A stretch of DNA of 64,000 nt from Octopus sinensis (lineage: Eukaryota), in contig NC_043011.1 of the NCBI RefSeq assembly GCF_006345805.1, forward strand, positions 20,472,464 through 20,536,463, given 5' to 3'. The notes under the pieces were generated by a model. The model had not been told where the DNA came from, searched no databases, and saw only the letters and a program-made list of their open reading frames with translations. The position numbers and the translations under genes were made by a program. Numbering within the stretch: the stretch's first letter is position 1; the number at the start of each line of letters is the position of its first letter. Of this stretch, positions 37,920 to 50,849 are shown one piece after another.

Positions 37920-38640
37920 TAATAATAACAAAATTATTGTATACGGTGCTCAGGTGCACCACAACTTGTCAAAAGTGTGTATAAAGTATATGCAGTAATG
38001 CACAAATGTCTGGAAAGCGAACAGTGTATGAGTCAGATACATGCTTGTGTGTGTATGGAGGGGAGAAAATCAGGTGTAGTGTTGGCGCATCTTAGGAAGC
38101 ATGGAAGTTTTGAAGGATGCAGTGCTCCGACAACTAACAACTGATGCCAGCAGTTTGTTCCATACTTCAGCAACTTTTAGCATGAAAAAATGTTTCCGAA
38201 AGTCATGGGAGCTGTGCTGTTTTCTGACTTTGTAAACATGTCCATGGGTGTTAGACAGGTGGAGTTTGAAAAGGTGCTCAGAGTTATTGTTTGTAAGATG
38301 GTTAATAATTTTATGGGTGTCTGCCAAGTCAGTTGCCAGACGTCGGAGTTTCAATGTGTCCATGCCCAGGGAAGTAAGGCATTCAGAATATGGCAAATGC
38401 CTGATGGAGGGTATTCTCTTGGTTGCACGTAGCTGAACAGCTTCCAGACGATTAATATCCTGGGCAAGATAGGGGTTCCAGACCGGTGATGCAAATTTCA
38501 GGTGAGGTCGTACCATAGTTATATAAAGCCACAGATAGATAGCCAGAGAGCGGCTGACAAAGGACTTGGTGAGTGATGCCAAGACACCCTCAGCCTTCTT
38601 GGCAATTTTAGTGATGTGTTTTGTCCAATGCAAATCGTAA
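37920..38640 (-). mobile_element. CR1/L2-group LINE 3' fragment (ORF2 C-terminus plus 3' UTR)
   Basis: ORF 38070-38633 contains VRPHLKFASPVWNPY...LEAVQLRATK...RR...D. The same 3' UTR is at 62895-63135. Confidence 0.88.
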
Positions 38641-39126
38641 AGGACCTTGCTTTAAGTAAAGAAAAAAACTGCGTACCTATTAATCGTTTAGAAGCTGTTC
38701 AGTGAGTTTCTTTTCTTCAGATCACTCAATACTTTATCTAAATTCCTGCTACATCCTTTCTCTTACCCACTCCTTCTTCTATACCAAACACAGCTCTTCA
38801 AATCTGGGATGATGGGAAAAAATGCTTCTATACTGTCACTAGAATAGCTAGAAATAGTAATAAAATCTTATTCAAATCATAATTTACTGTTTAAAGACAA
38901 TAGAAGGTCATACTGGGTAGTGTGTTCCTAATAGACTACATGTAAAAACAAAAACAAAAAGAAACAGGATAACCATAGGTGGCATGCCTTTGCTTTTCTG
39001 AATCAGGCTTAAGCAACAGCCAGCTCTGTTACACCATCATCACTCGAACCCTGACTCACCTTCTTCTCACATCTTCTCATAAATTTTCTGATTTATCCAT
39101 TATATCATAATTACTATTTGTCATCC

Positions 39127-39355
39127 TTTAACGCTTTCATTACCAACCCAGCTGAAACTGGCTCTGGCTCTGAATAGAAATGTCTTGTTTTCATCAGTTT
39201 GGAATTAAAATCTTCCACCAAACTTTTGTCACAATTTATGTTCCTAACACTAGCTAAATGATAACTAAGTTATTTTACTAAATCTTTGTTGTATTTAAAG
39301 TAATTTAAAAGAAACGTAGAGCATCTCAAAATAAATACAGTAACAAAAGGGTCAA
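39127..39355. mobile_element. piggyBac-like MITE (TTAA-CCCTTT ends)
   Basis: Reverse-complement homolog of 58088-58296. Related copies at 56096-56315, about 40060-40250 and 37486-37692. Confidence 0.7.
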
Positions 39356-39517
39356 GTCCCTTTCTCACTTATGCTAAACTGTAACTTTTCTTTTCTCAAA
39401 CACTACATTAAACAAGCAGGAATTTTCAGAGGAAATGGTTATGACAAAATAAAAACAGGCAAATAAAAGCAAGCAAAAGAAGAAAAAATAACAAGCAAAA
39501 GCACATAGAGTCAGTAA

Positions 39518-39555
<38 letters not shown>

Positions 39556-40334
39556 GAATTTCTAATTTTACTTTTTTTTGCAGTTTAGCTGTTTTCATTA
39601 TGTTTTATTATTGTTTGCAAAAATTAAGCAAACCAAAGAAAAAAAATGGTTTAAATTCTATTAAGAAGGAATATAAAAAATTTTAATGAAGATTTTGGAA
39701 ATTGGTGATGGGAAAAAAAAAACCCCAATAAGGGACCATTAATGAACTTCAGTATTTTAAATTAGGGATATATAATATGAGACATTGTATTAGAATTTAT
39801 ACTTTAACCAGAATATTATTATTGTTGTTGTTGTTGTTTTTGTTTCTTACCGAATTTAACAATTTTATATATACAGACACCTCCTTAAATTTACAGGGAA
39901 ATATAAAACAAGGTTCTCTGACATTGAAGCTTTTCTCAAGTTTGCTAAAGTTGAGAACATTAATATGTAAAGGGTTAATAAAAGTTTGGGTTGAGCTCTT
40001 TAGACATATATAAAAAATGGAAGAGAATCTGTTGACATAAACTCTTTCATTATTGTATTTCAATGCTGAAATACACTTTTGTTTCAATTAATTCTGAAAA
40101 TAATGAAGAATTCGGTAAAGTAAATCTATCACTACCAAAACTGCTCTTTGGAATTTTGATGAAAGTCTTTGATTTAGATCATTATAAAACAAAACAGCTT
40201 ATATCATAGAACCAGGGATAGTCTCAGGAGGGTTTGTATCAAAAAGGGTTAAAACATCACTGGTTCATAACTGGAGCTCCAATTATGATCATAATGGAAC
40301 ATTAAAATCATGTTGCATAAATCGTATAGATACG

Positions 40335-40640
40335 ACCATGCTGGAACACTGCAGTTCTGCAGCATAAACCATGAAGTTATGGTAGTACTGAAGTACTGAA
40401 ATTATCTAGCATAAATTGTACAGATATGATCATACTGAGACATTGTAATTCTATAGTGTAAACAATTCACTTAAGATCAGACTGGAGCACTGCTGGCCCA
40501 TAGTAGAAACCATTGAATCATGTCCAAGCTGGAGCACTGAAAATATATAGCATACATTGTACACTTATAACCACACTGAAGCATTGCAGTTCTATTGTAT
40601 TTATATGGTTATGACCATATTAAAGCACTGCAGAGTTATA
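40335..40640 (+). repeat. Cryptic 47-bp-period tandem array (7 units)
   Basis: CTGGAGCACTG-like anchors at 40341, 40388, 40435, 40482, 40529, 40575 and about 40620. Confidence 0.8.
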
Positions 40641-40960
40641 ACCGCAGTTTTAAAAATATTGTAGTATAAAATATATATAAAAAATAATACTGGTGATGGT
40701 CACAGCTGGAATGCCTTTCATTATAGGTTTACATGATCTGGGTTGACCTGTGTTTAAACAATGTCAATAACAACAACAATAAGAAGAAAAACTAGCAGGA
40801 TAATATATATATATATGGTGTGGAAGCTAAAATTATTTGTTGAAATTGGGTTCAAATATGAAAGAGAAGGAAAATATGAAATGGTGAAGAAAGAAGACAG
40901 GAAAATACAGTTAGACATTTCTACAGTTAGTGTGTGTGAATATATATATATATGTATATG

Positions 40961-41008
<48 letters not shown>

Positions 41009-41012
41009 ATAT

Positions 41013-41046
<34 letters not shown>

Positions 41047-41163
41047 GTATTATATATATATGTATATATATATACACACACACATATATATGTATATGTA
41101 TATATATGTTGGTGCCCCAGCATGGCCGCAGCCTTTGGGCTATAACATTTTTTTAAGGATATG

Positions 41164-41241
<78 letters not shown>

Positions 41242-41250
41242 GTATGTATG

Positions 41251-41281
<31 letters not shown>

Positions 41282-41389
41282 ATATGTATATACACACACA
41301 CACATAAAAATATATTGTACAGGAGGACATGTTGGATTACTGACCGGACTTTGCCATTAGCTCTGGCCATAACTGTAATGCAAACTATT

Positions 41390-42060
41390 GTGCCCATACT
41401 GGAGCAATGGCAATGTTTACCATATAACTCAGGCCCTACTAGACCACTAGTGTGCCTTGCTATATAGCCATACTGGAGCACTGTAGCACAAGCTGTACAA
41501 GTATGGCTACAATAGAGTACTGTAAAAGTGTTTTTACCATATAGCTCTGGCCATGCTAGAGCACTGCAATATAAACCCAAAAGTTGTGGCCTAGATGAAG
41601 CACTGTGGTATTCCATCACACAAAACTGCTCATGCTGGAGCACAAAACAGCTCTAGCATGATGGATAACAGTAATAAAATGATACAGTTATCCCATTCTG
41701 GAGCACTGCAGTATTCTGCCAAACAGTTCTGGTTACACAGAATATAAACTATCATTCAGGCCATACTGGAGCACTGAAGTGTAAACCCAACAGTTCTGGC
41801 TATCCTGGTGCACTGCAGCACTCTGCTATACATTTCTGACCATGCTGGAGCAATACGATGTAAACAATGCCATTTTGGCTGTTCTGGAATGTAGAAGTAG
41901 TCTGCCTTGTAGTTATGACCATGTTGGAGCAATACAATATAAAACCATACAGCTTTGGCCCATATGGAACATCACAGTTCATTAATTAAAATAAGATGTC
42001 CCATGTTGTATGTAACACTGCAGTATAACTCATACAGCAATGCCCATGCTGGATCACTTA
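41390..42060 (+). repeat. Degenerate array of the same CCAT(G/A)CTGGAGCA motif with about 40/80-bp spacing
   Basis: Anchors near 41399, 41473, 41556, 41635, 41698, 41766, 41805, 41845, 41924 and 42048. Confidence 0.7.
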
Positions 42061-43903
42061 CGTTCAAAGAAAACAGCTATGTCCATCCTAAGAGTAGAAT
42101 ACTCACTACACACAAACATAATGAAAGTTAACAAAAAATATTATGATAATATACCTCACCTTTCAAAATATTTTAAAGGTGAAAATGGTAAGATTGGGTT
42201 GAAAAAATATGATATATTGAAATACTGGGTGGATATAGGAGTAAGCTCCTGTTTAAGGGTATATTTTATATGGGTAGCTACTCTCTCTCTCTCTCTCTCA
42301 CACACACCCTCTCTCTCTCATTCTCTTTTTCAAATTCTCTCTTTCCCTTTCTCTCTCTCTCTCTCTCTCATTTAATTTATCTCAGCGGTGTAATTTTAAA
42401 CTCAATCTTACTTAGAATATCAGTATCAAATTTTAATACATAATTTGTTTAGTAATCAATGTTAGAAATAATGATAATAATAATAATAGTAATGATGATT
42501 TCAAATTTTGGAACAAGGCCAGCGATTTTGGGGGAGGGGTTAGTCGATACTGGTACTTATTTTATCAACTCCAAAAAAGATGTAAGGCAAAGTTAACCTT
42601 GGCAGAACTTAAACTCAGAGCGTAAAGACAGACGAAATGCTGTTAAACATTTTGCCCGGTGAATGACTTGAAATTTGGGGGAGGGGGCCAGTCGATTAGA
42701 CTGACCCCAGTACACAACTGGTACTTAATTCATCGACCCAAAAGGATGAAAGGCAAAGTCAACCTCGACAGACTTTGAACTCAGAATGTAGGGGCAGACA
42801 AAATACCGCAAAGCATTTCACCCGGCATGCTGACAATACCGCCAGTTCACTGCCTTAATAAAAATAATAATAACAATACTAGTTTCTAATTTAGGCACTA
42901 GGCCAGCAGTTTTGAGGAGAGAGTGTTAGCCAATATCATGGTTCCCTGTACTTGACTGGTTCTTTATTTTTTTTTTCTGACCTTGGAGACTGGGATGGAA
43001 GTCAAATTTGACTGCAGTGGGATTTGAACTCAGAATGTAAAGAGCCAGAACAACAACTATAAAGTGTTTCTTCTATCTGACACTCGAATGATTCTGTCAA
43101 GCCATTGCCCTAAATATTTACTAGCATAAGCACAAGGTCAGAAACATTTGTAGTTGGAAGGAACAGTCAATTATATTGACCCCAGTAGCTGACTGGTACT
43201 GAGGCTAACAGGCAGAGCTACTCACATTAGTATGATTTTTATTCAGAAGGCAAAATGATGTTGTTAAGTATGCAAAGTAGACATTTTGTCTGATGTTTTA
43301 CCATTTCTGACGACATAGCACATCATTAATTTTTAACTGCAACTGATTAATTAACATAGGTACCAGGCAACATATTTTGTAAGAGGGATTTAGTTAATTA
43401 CATTGATTTCAATATGTTGGTTTCTAATTTTGACACAAGGCTAGGACTTTCAGGAAAGATGGTCAGTCGATCGATGTTATTAATTTAACCCTCCCCCAAA
43501 ATTGCTGTACCAAGATTTGAAACCAAAATGTCCTAATATCTCTCCCACTCCTAAATTTTGAAAGACAGAATTAATCTTAGCAGGATTTGCACTCAGAGAG
43601 CAAGAACAAGTACCACAAGTTATTTACATCTAATGTTCCAATGACTCTGCCAATTTGATAATTCATTGCTCTCACCATATGACTGGTTTTAATTTACTGA
43701 TCTTGAAAGTATAAAAGGCCAAGTCAATCCTGTTAGAATTTGAACTGAGAGTATAAAGGGGGTGTAATTAAATAATGATGAGGATATTCTTCCATATTTT
43801 ATAAATCTTCTGTCATTACTGAATTTAATAATAATAATGATAAATTAATTGCAAAAGTTTTTTTAAATATTTCAGCATATCTTTCTTTGTCTTTCATAAC
43901 CCC

Positions 43904-43934
<31 letters not shown>

Positions 43935-45036
43935 TGCTCATTCTTTCTCTCACCTTGCCTCTCTCTCTCACTTTCTCCCTCTCTCCCTCTCTTTCACACA
44001 CACACACACACAAACATATATATATACTTAAAACTCTTCTCCCTTCAAGTGACCTGTCACTCAATCAAAATAAGCCAAATTTGGTCTTTTTTCTTTAACA
44101 ATCGTTTCAACTACTTCACTTTCCTTTCTCTTTATTCCATTGTCTTCAGACAGGGTTATGGGCAAGCCATTTAGTGTTTCTAGAGAGTACTTGGTTAGAC
44201 CCTTCTCCCACATATCTATATTGAACTGATAGCAAAGTCAGCATTAAATTAGGGTTCAGATTTACAAAAAAAAAATATAATCTTTATATCTGATATGGGA
44301 TCTCATAACATGAGTTCTAAAATGGTAATGGTACCCATAAATCAGTGTCAAGAAAAAAAATATTGACCCCTAAAAGCAAAATGTGAACATCACCAATTCA
44401 CTCATTAACATTGGATCAAATCCGTGCTGAAACAAGACCAGTGTACAAAATCACAAAACATTGATGACCCAGTAGATTTAGATCTGTTTTTGATAGGGAC
44501 TCAGATATCACTAGATCTTAAGTAGATAGCACTAGGCCCTTAATAAATAGGAATCCCTTTAATGGAAGATCTGCCCTTGATAAGGTCTTGGGCATTACAG
44601 GACTTCATGTTGATAAGGCCTGCAAACATATAGAGATGTGCCCTTAACAGTGGTCCCTCTAATGGAAGATCTGTTATTAATAGGGTCCACTGTTGCTAGA
44701 CTTGATGCTTGTTGAAGAATGCCTGACAGCAGCAGCAGTAGTAACAGCAGTTTTTGTTTTTTCTCTTTTCTTTTCATCTTTTTTATTTATTTAATTTTTT
44801 TTTTACATTATATCACTAGAGTTGAGCAGGGTTAATATGAGACTGGGTTAAACAGGACGGGGCTGGATAACATGGGGGGCAATAACAATATTACATGGTT
44901 AAATGAGTGAAAGACAGAGTAAGAATAAAACAGAATATGAAGTTAGGAACTTAGTTACACAGCAGATAGAGAGATTTATCTTAACAGGATTCATACATAT
45001 ATTTTCATAACTAGCCACCTTTTTAGACATACATGG

Positions 45037-45085
<49 letters not shown>

Positions 45086-45651
45086 CATATATATATATTT
45101 TATAATTTTTAATCTGACATTGATGGTTTTATCAGATATAAAATTATTCCCCAGGATCCTTTGCCATTTACTGCTGAATTCATGAATGGCATGCCACTTA
45201 CTACAACTTATTTTAGGGGAAAAAAAATGTTTGTGAAAAGTCTTCCAGCATCAGACTAATGGATTTAGAAATGTTGTTGTTCCGAAAACATAAAATGGAA
45301 GACTAATAAGGAAATAAGTAAAAACCTAATTCAAAAAAGATCAAATTTCTAATATATATACAGATATATAAATGTATATATAATTATAATAATATTAGGG
45401 ATATGTTTTTCACTGTTTGATTTGCCTAATAGTGGTTTTATCTCTAATTTAATATAAATATATGTGTATTAACTTTTAACCGTGATGAACAGTATTCACA
45501 CACTTTTCTCACACTTTCTTATATGCTTGTACAGATGAGTTATGTTTCATCTTCCGTGATGTTATACATGTATATTCTATGATTAAATGTTCAAGATATG
45601 AAATGTTATGTGGATGACCTTGCATTTGTTTGTTCTGTAACCTTAGTTTGA

Positions 45652-45666
45652 TATATATATATATAA

Positions 45667-45735
<69 letters not shown>

Positions 45736-45742
45736 ATATATA

Positions 45743-45782
<40 letters not shown>

Positions 45783-45798
45783 GTATATATATGTGTAT

Positions 45799-45860
<62 letters not shown>

Positions 45861-45880
45861 CATATATATATATATATACA
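45652..45880. repeat. Long interrupted (TA)n tract
   Basis: Directly visible. Similar tracts at 40940-41300, 54380-54960, 59940-61100 and 62135-62445. Confidence 0.95.
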
Positions 45881-45883
45881 TGT

Positions 45884-46884
45884 AGGGTGTTCAAAAAGTC
45901 TCTCCGCAGCAAAAAGCAGTAGGTCTACTGTTCTTTCGGACGAAACACTCCCCAATAATTCTGATAAACTGTTTGCAAGCCCGTCAAAGTCCTTACGTAA
46001 AATGTCATAGTAAACAGAAATCAGCCTAGGAAGTGCTCACACGGTAGTAAAAGAGAAATTATATTTCTTTCCATAAAAAGTGCCAGCCATTCAAGAATTG
46101 AAGACTATGGATCATGCTAAAAGGCTTCATTATTGTCATTGGTTCCAAAACTTTGTTGCCAAAAATGGCATAGAAATGCTGTATGGGTGTTTTTACATCG
46201 ATGAGGCTTGGTTTCATCTGTCGGGATACATAAATTCGCAAAACACAAGGTTATGGAGCATTGAGAATCCACACGCAACGCATGAGCAACCTCTGCATCC
46301 CGAAAAAGTTGGAGTATGGATAGCAATTTCGAGAAAGCTTATTGTGGGACCAACATGTTTTGAAGACACCATCAACACCGAGACATATTGCTCAAATATT
46401 GTCTATCCATTTGTCGGCCAACTGAAAGTGAAACTGATAATGCATACTTTCAGCAAGATGGAGCTACAGCACATACTTCGAGCATCACCATGGCACTATT
46501 TCAAGAGTTTTTCGGTGAACAGATTATTTCAAAGGGACTTTGGCCACCAAGATCACCTGCTTTAATACTGCCAGAATTTTTTTTCTGGGGAACAAGTAAA
46601 GGATCAGTGTACAAGAATCGCCCGAAAACCATTAATGAGCTAAAAGATGCAATCATAACCTTCTCACAGTCTATACTGCATCAGACTCTCCAAGATGTAT
46701 TTCAAAACAAGTGTAGAAGAGTCAACTTATGTACTGAAAATGAAGGACAACACTTTCAACACCTCCTTATAAAGTTTTTTAAAGTCTTGTAAAGTCTAAT
46801 ATATCCTTTTGTAGTCTTATACCATCTTATAAATATTTATTTTGCAATAAAATACTTACTGTGGAGAGACGTTTTGAACACCCT
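45884..46884 (+). mobile_element. Internally deleted Tc1/mariner-superfamily transposon with rosa-like transposase motifs and both TIRs
   Basis: 26-bp TIRs AGGGTGTTCAAAAAGTCTCTCCGCAG / CTGTGGAGAGACGTTTTGAACACCCT (2 mismatches). Motifs IDEAWFHLSG, FQQDGATAH and WPPRSP. Stops plus a frameshift near 46420; N-terminus missing. Confidence 0.9.
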
Positions 46885-46895
46885 CTGTGTTTGTG

Positions 46896-46950
<55 letters not shown>

Positions 46951-48189
46951 GTATGTATGTATGTATGTATGTATATTACAAACAAACTTAGAAGCATCAC
47001 ATAGGTTGCTATTTTACAGAAAATAAAGTAAATTTTGAATGTGGAATGGCTGTGAAAACAGCCAAGAGAATTGGTAAATACACCAAGAAGATGGAAAAAA
47101 AAGTTGCCACCAGGAGGATACAGAGAGCCAAACCCTCTAAATCTCAGATATTGGCTGAGTATTCTGTACCATTATGCTAAGCGGTCTCTGATTGATTGAT
47201 TGATTGATTGATAGATTGATAGATTGATTGATTGATAGATTGATAGATTGATAGATTGATGTATGTATGTATGTATGTATGTATGTATGTATGTATGTAT
47301 GTATGTATGTATGTATGTATGTGTGCATGCATGCATGTATGTATGTATGTGTGCATGCATGCATACATGTATGTATGTATGTGTGTATATTTGTACATGT
47401 GTGTGTGTGTATATATATATATAAAATACACATATACACACACATATATAAATGCAAATGGAAATACTTGTAAGTCTTAATGTTTCATTGGAGTAACACT
47501 AATGGTTAAGTGTTTATGTAGTGTGTCAAAACAAAAGTCAAGACATGTTAATCTATGTGCATGGTTAAATGTTTGTATGCATGTATATATAGAACATATG
47601 CTTACATAATATTGTGCGTGTTTGGATATGGAGTGGTGGTGGTGGTAGTGCTGGTGGTAGGGTGAATGTGTGAAAGATAATGTTTCCACAAGTGTATATG
47701 TATTAAAATGTATTAAAAAGAGAGAGATATCAGATCAGTCATTGATAGTAATAATGATGATGATGATGATGATAATGGTAATGATGATGAAAGTAATGGT
47801 GGAACAGCTTAATGATAAGATGATGGTAATTGTTAAGTGTCAGTAGCTGTGTTGCTGATGGCGGTGGCCCTTTTTATTTGCACCCCTTGATCCTAATGCC
47901 AAGTTTTACTAATGTCTTTCTAATATCTCTTTGTGTCCACTTTCATTGATGTCTCCCTGCTGTACACTTTGCCATCTTCTTGATGTACCATGTCGTCATG
48001 TCTCTTTGGTATCATTGCACAGACAGACACACGATGTCAATGCACGGAGCAGCAGCTTCAAGAGAACAGATGAAACTGATAAAATCAACCCCAGTATTTG
48101 ACCGGTACTCACAGAAGTTCTCTTATTTTATGCGAGTTTAACAGGGTAATTTATATGAAGTAACTTTACATAAAGAAGTGGAATGTACA

Positions 48190-48395
48190 ATTTCTTGTAA
48201 TTCAGATCGCATCATGGTCCCAGCAGACAAAATGGAAAAGGTGTTGCCCTGGAGGATGGCAAGGGAGATGTGCTGGAACAGCCTCTGTGACTCACAAGGT
48301 CCACACTTGCAAATAGTCATCTCCACTCTGATAGCAGTGTGCAGGGACATGGTCCAGGGGACCCAAGAATGCTGGAAGTCTTCACTACCTTAAGC
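48190..48395 (-). pseudogene. C-terminal remnant of an RLE-type (CRE-like) non-LTR retrotransposon
   Basis: ESQRLFQHISLAILQGNTFSIL resembles the FQRIS.A.QRGNA.S.LG terminus of RLE elements. A frameshifted V(K/E)TSxILG motif lies upstream. Confidence 0.5.
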
Positions 48396-50000
48396 TTGAC
48401 CGTAAACCTGTCAGAGAATGACCAATATCTTGACAGTTTGTTTGTATTTATTTTAGAAATACTGGAAGGTAAGAAAATAAAGTTGAATCTACAATGATTT
48501 CAGTTCAAAATGTAAAGTGATGAAACAAAATGAAATTCTTTTATTGGTTTGAACAAGAAGCTGTGGTCATGCTAGGGTACAGCTTTAACCTTTTTTTTTT
48601 TTTTTTTGGTGTTGCTCAGTTCTTCCCTCTACATTCTCTGTCATCTCACCCCTCAAAGCTGCCTATAACTTTGGCAGAAGACCACAAATTTTGGTAAAGA
48701 GGAAGGGTATAATGAATTAAATTGATCCCAGTACTTGGCTAATGCTTTATTTTATCTACCTCCAAAAGGTTGAAAGTAAAAGCTGGAGTTTTTAACATGA
48801 GACAATAATGGCCATTACTAAATACCACAAGGTATTTTTCAGCCACTACAAATTCATATAATCCACTAAATATAGTAATATTGAAGATACCAAGATACCC
48901 AGATCAAAACTACACTGGTTGTGTAAACCATGAGAAGCAGTGGACACCAAGGAATTGATTGTTGGATAAATGTGATTGAATGTGAAAGTTAATGTCGATT
49001 CATTAATGTTTCAATAACAAGATAACAGAAAAACAATATAACAGAACAAGAGAAAAACAGAATAACATTAATAAATTAAAAAAAGAAATAGATAAATAAA
49101 TAAATAAATAAATACAATATACATGCAGGATGGATTTGATAAATTTGTAATTCTCTATCTCCAAAGTTCCTATCATGAACTTCTACAGTTTTGATTGATG
49201 ACTTCCATACGAGATTCTTTTCTCAGGTTATGATAATGTGGAAGCTCTTCACGTGTTGTTTTTTTTCTTAATTTTTAATTTTTATTTGTGAGAATGATTC
49301 CATTAAATGACGCGATAAATTTGACTCCCTTTTTTTTTTTCGGAATGAAAAGCTCTATTTTTTTTTTTATCTGTTCTCTTTGACAGCAAACTGACCCTCA
49401 CTCCATTTTGGATCTCCAGCTGAAAATAGGGTGAGACTGTCGGCGATATCTACTATATATCTTCAGTAACAAATACTACAAGCAGGAGACTATTCCTGGG
49501 AGATAATTTGCTTGAATGATATATATATATATATATATATATATTCACGGCCCTTTCATGAGTACGACAGTATTGATTTTTGATATAAGCAAAATTATTT
49601 AAAACCCCTCTTGTAATCGACCTGTATTTTATTTTGGCGATCAATGATAGATAAAAACAGATTGTGACAGAATTCAATCTCAGATTGTACAAGGGGAACA
49701 ACTGAATACAACAAGTCATTTTCATCTTAAAATTCTGGTAGACTCCCTTGCACGATATAATATTTATTCAGCTTTTTTAAAAATTTAATATGCCATTTGT
49801 TGTTTTTGATTTGTTGCATTTCATTTTGAAACTGTGGTGTTCAGAGGAATTAGTCTTATGTTCCTTCTTCAGTTTTAGTGTTCATCCTGTCCACTGTGCA
49901 ATATTAGCTCAGAGACACACTCACATATCTCACAACACAGCAAATTCTTTCTTTTACATATCAATGTATGTCAGAGAGGTGTTTGTATGTGCGTAGTAAT

Positions 50001-50266
50001 CTATTCTACATTTTTGAAATGAGGAATTATGTACATTATTTACAATGGACGGATAGGTGTCCTCCCCTTGTTTGTTGTTACCACAACATTTCGATTGATG
50101 TACTCTCCAGGCTTCATCAGGTGTTCTGCTGGAATTTCGAACCCGACCCTAATGGAGTACTATGTTCTTATTCCTAAGGTATTCTTGCTGATGTAATTTT
50201 TTGTTAACTCGGAACTCAGAATCCGAGGGTTAGTAGCTGCACTCTTTTCCACAACGCAATATGCCC
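50001..50266 (-). mobile_element. HHR-SINE family copy (tRNA head at 50266, HHR motif 50081-50124)
   Basis: Homologous to 35270-35552 along head, HHR and TGTAAATAATGTACATAATTCCTCAT tail. Confidence 0.75.
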
Positions 50267-50607
50267 GTGGGCAATTATAGAGTGAATATTTGGGCTTATA
50301 AACTTAATATCTTTTCTTTATACCGGTTCTCACATTAAATTCATATCTGCACTAGGCCTGCTTAGGAGGTTATCATGTCCTAACATATACCTCTTAGTTT
50401 TCGTATTTTCCAGTGATGTCCTTCATCTATTATTTTAACTTCATCCCACAGGGGAAGGTGGTCTCTGTTTTTCGATACATGATTGGCTATACCCGATTTT
50501 TCGATATTCCCCCATGTTACATCTTTACGATGTTCCTCTACCCTTATTTTATGAAGACGACATGTTTCGGCATTGTGTAACCTACTTCAGTTGCAGTAGG
50601 TTATACA

Positions 50608-50849
50608 AAGGTGAAGTGGATAAGAGTGCGGGCTGCTAACCCTCGGATTCTGAGTTCAATTCCAAGCACAGACTTGGGAAATAATATCAACAAAAAAGGA
50701 ATGAGAACAGGGTACCCCATTAGTAAAATAAAGGGTTGGGTTCGAAATTCCACCAGAACACCTGATGAAGGCTGGAGAGCACCCCAGTTGAAATGTTGTG
50801 GTAACAACAAACAAGGTGAGGACACCTATCCGTCTATTGTAAATAATGT
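50608..50849 (+). mobile_element. HHR-SINE family copy (HHR motif 50758-50800)
   Basis: AAGAGTGCGGGCTGCTAACCCTCGGATTCTGAGTTCAATTCC head, then ACAC-CTGATGA-A-GGCTG-loop-CAGTT-GAAA-TG-T-T-GTG. Confidence 0.75.

Noticed and set aside
49380-49725. Minus-strand ORF and exon-like fragments
   Set aside because: Frames are broken by stops and a TA tract, splice signals are inconsistent, and no homology was recognised.
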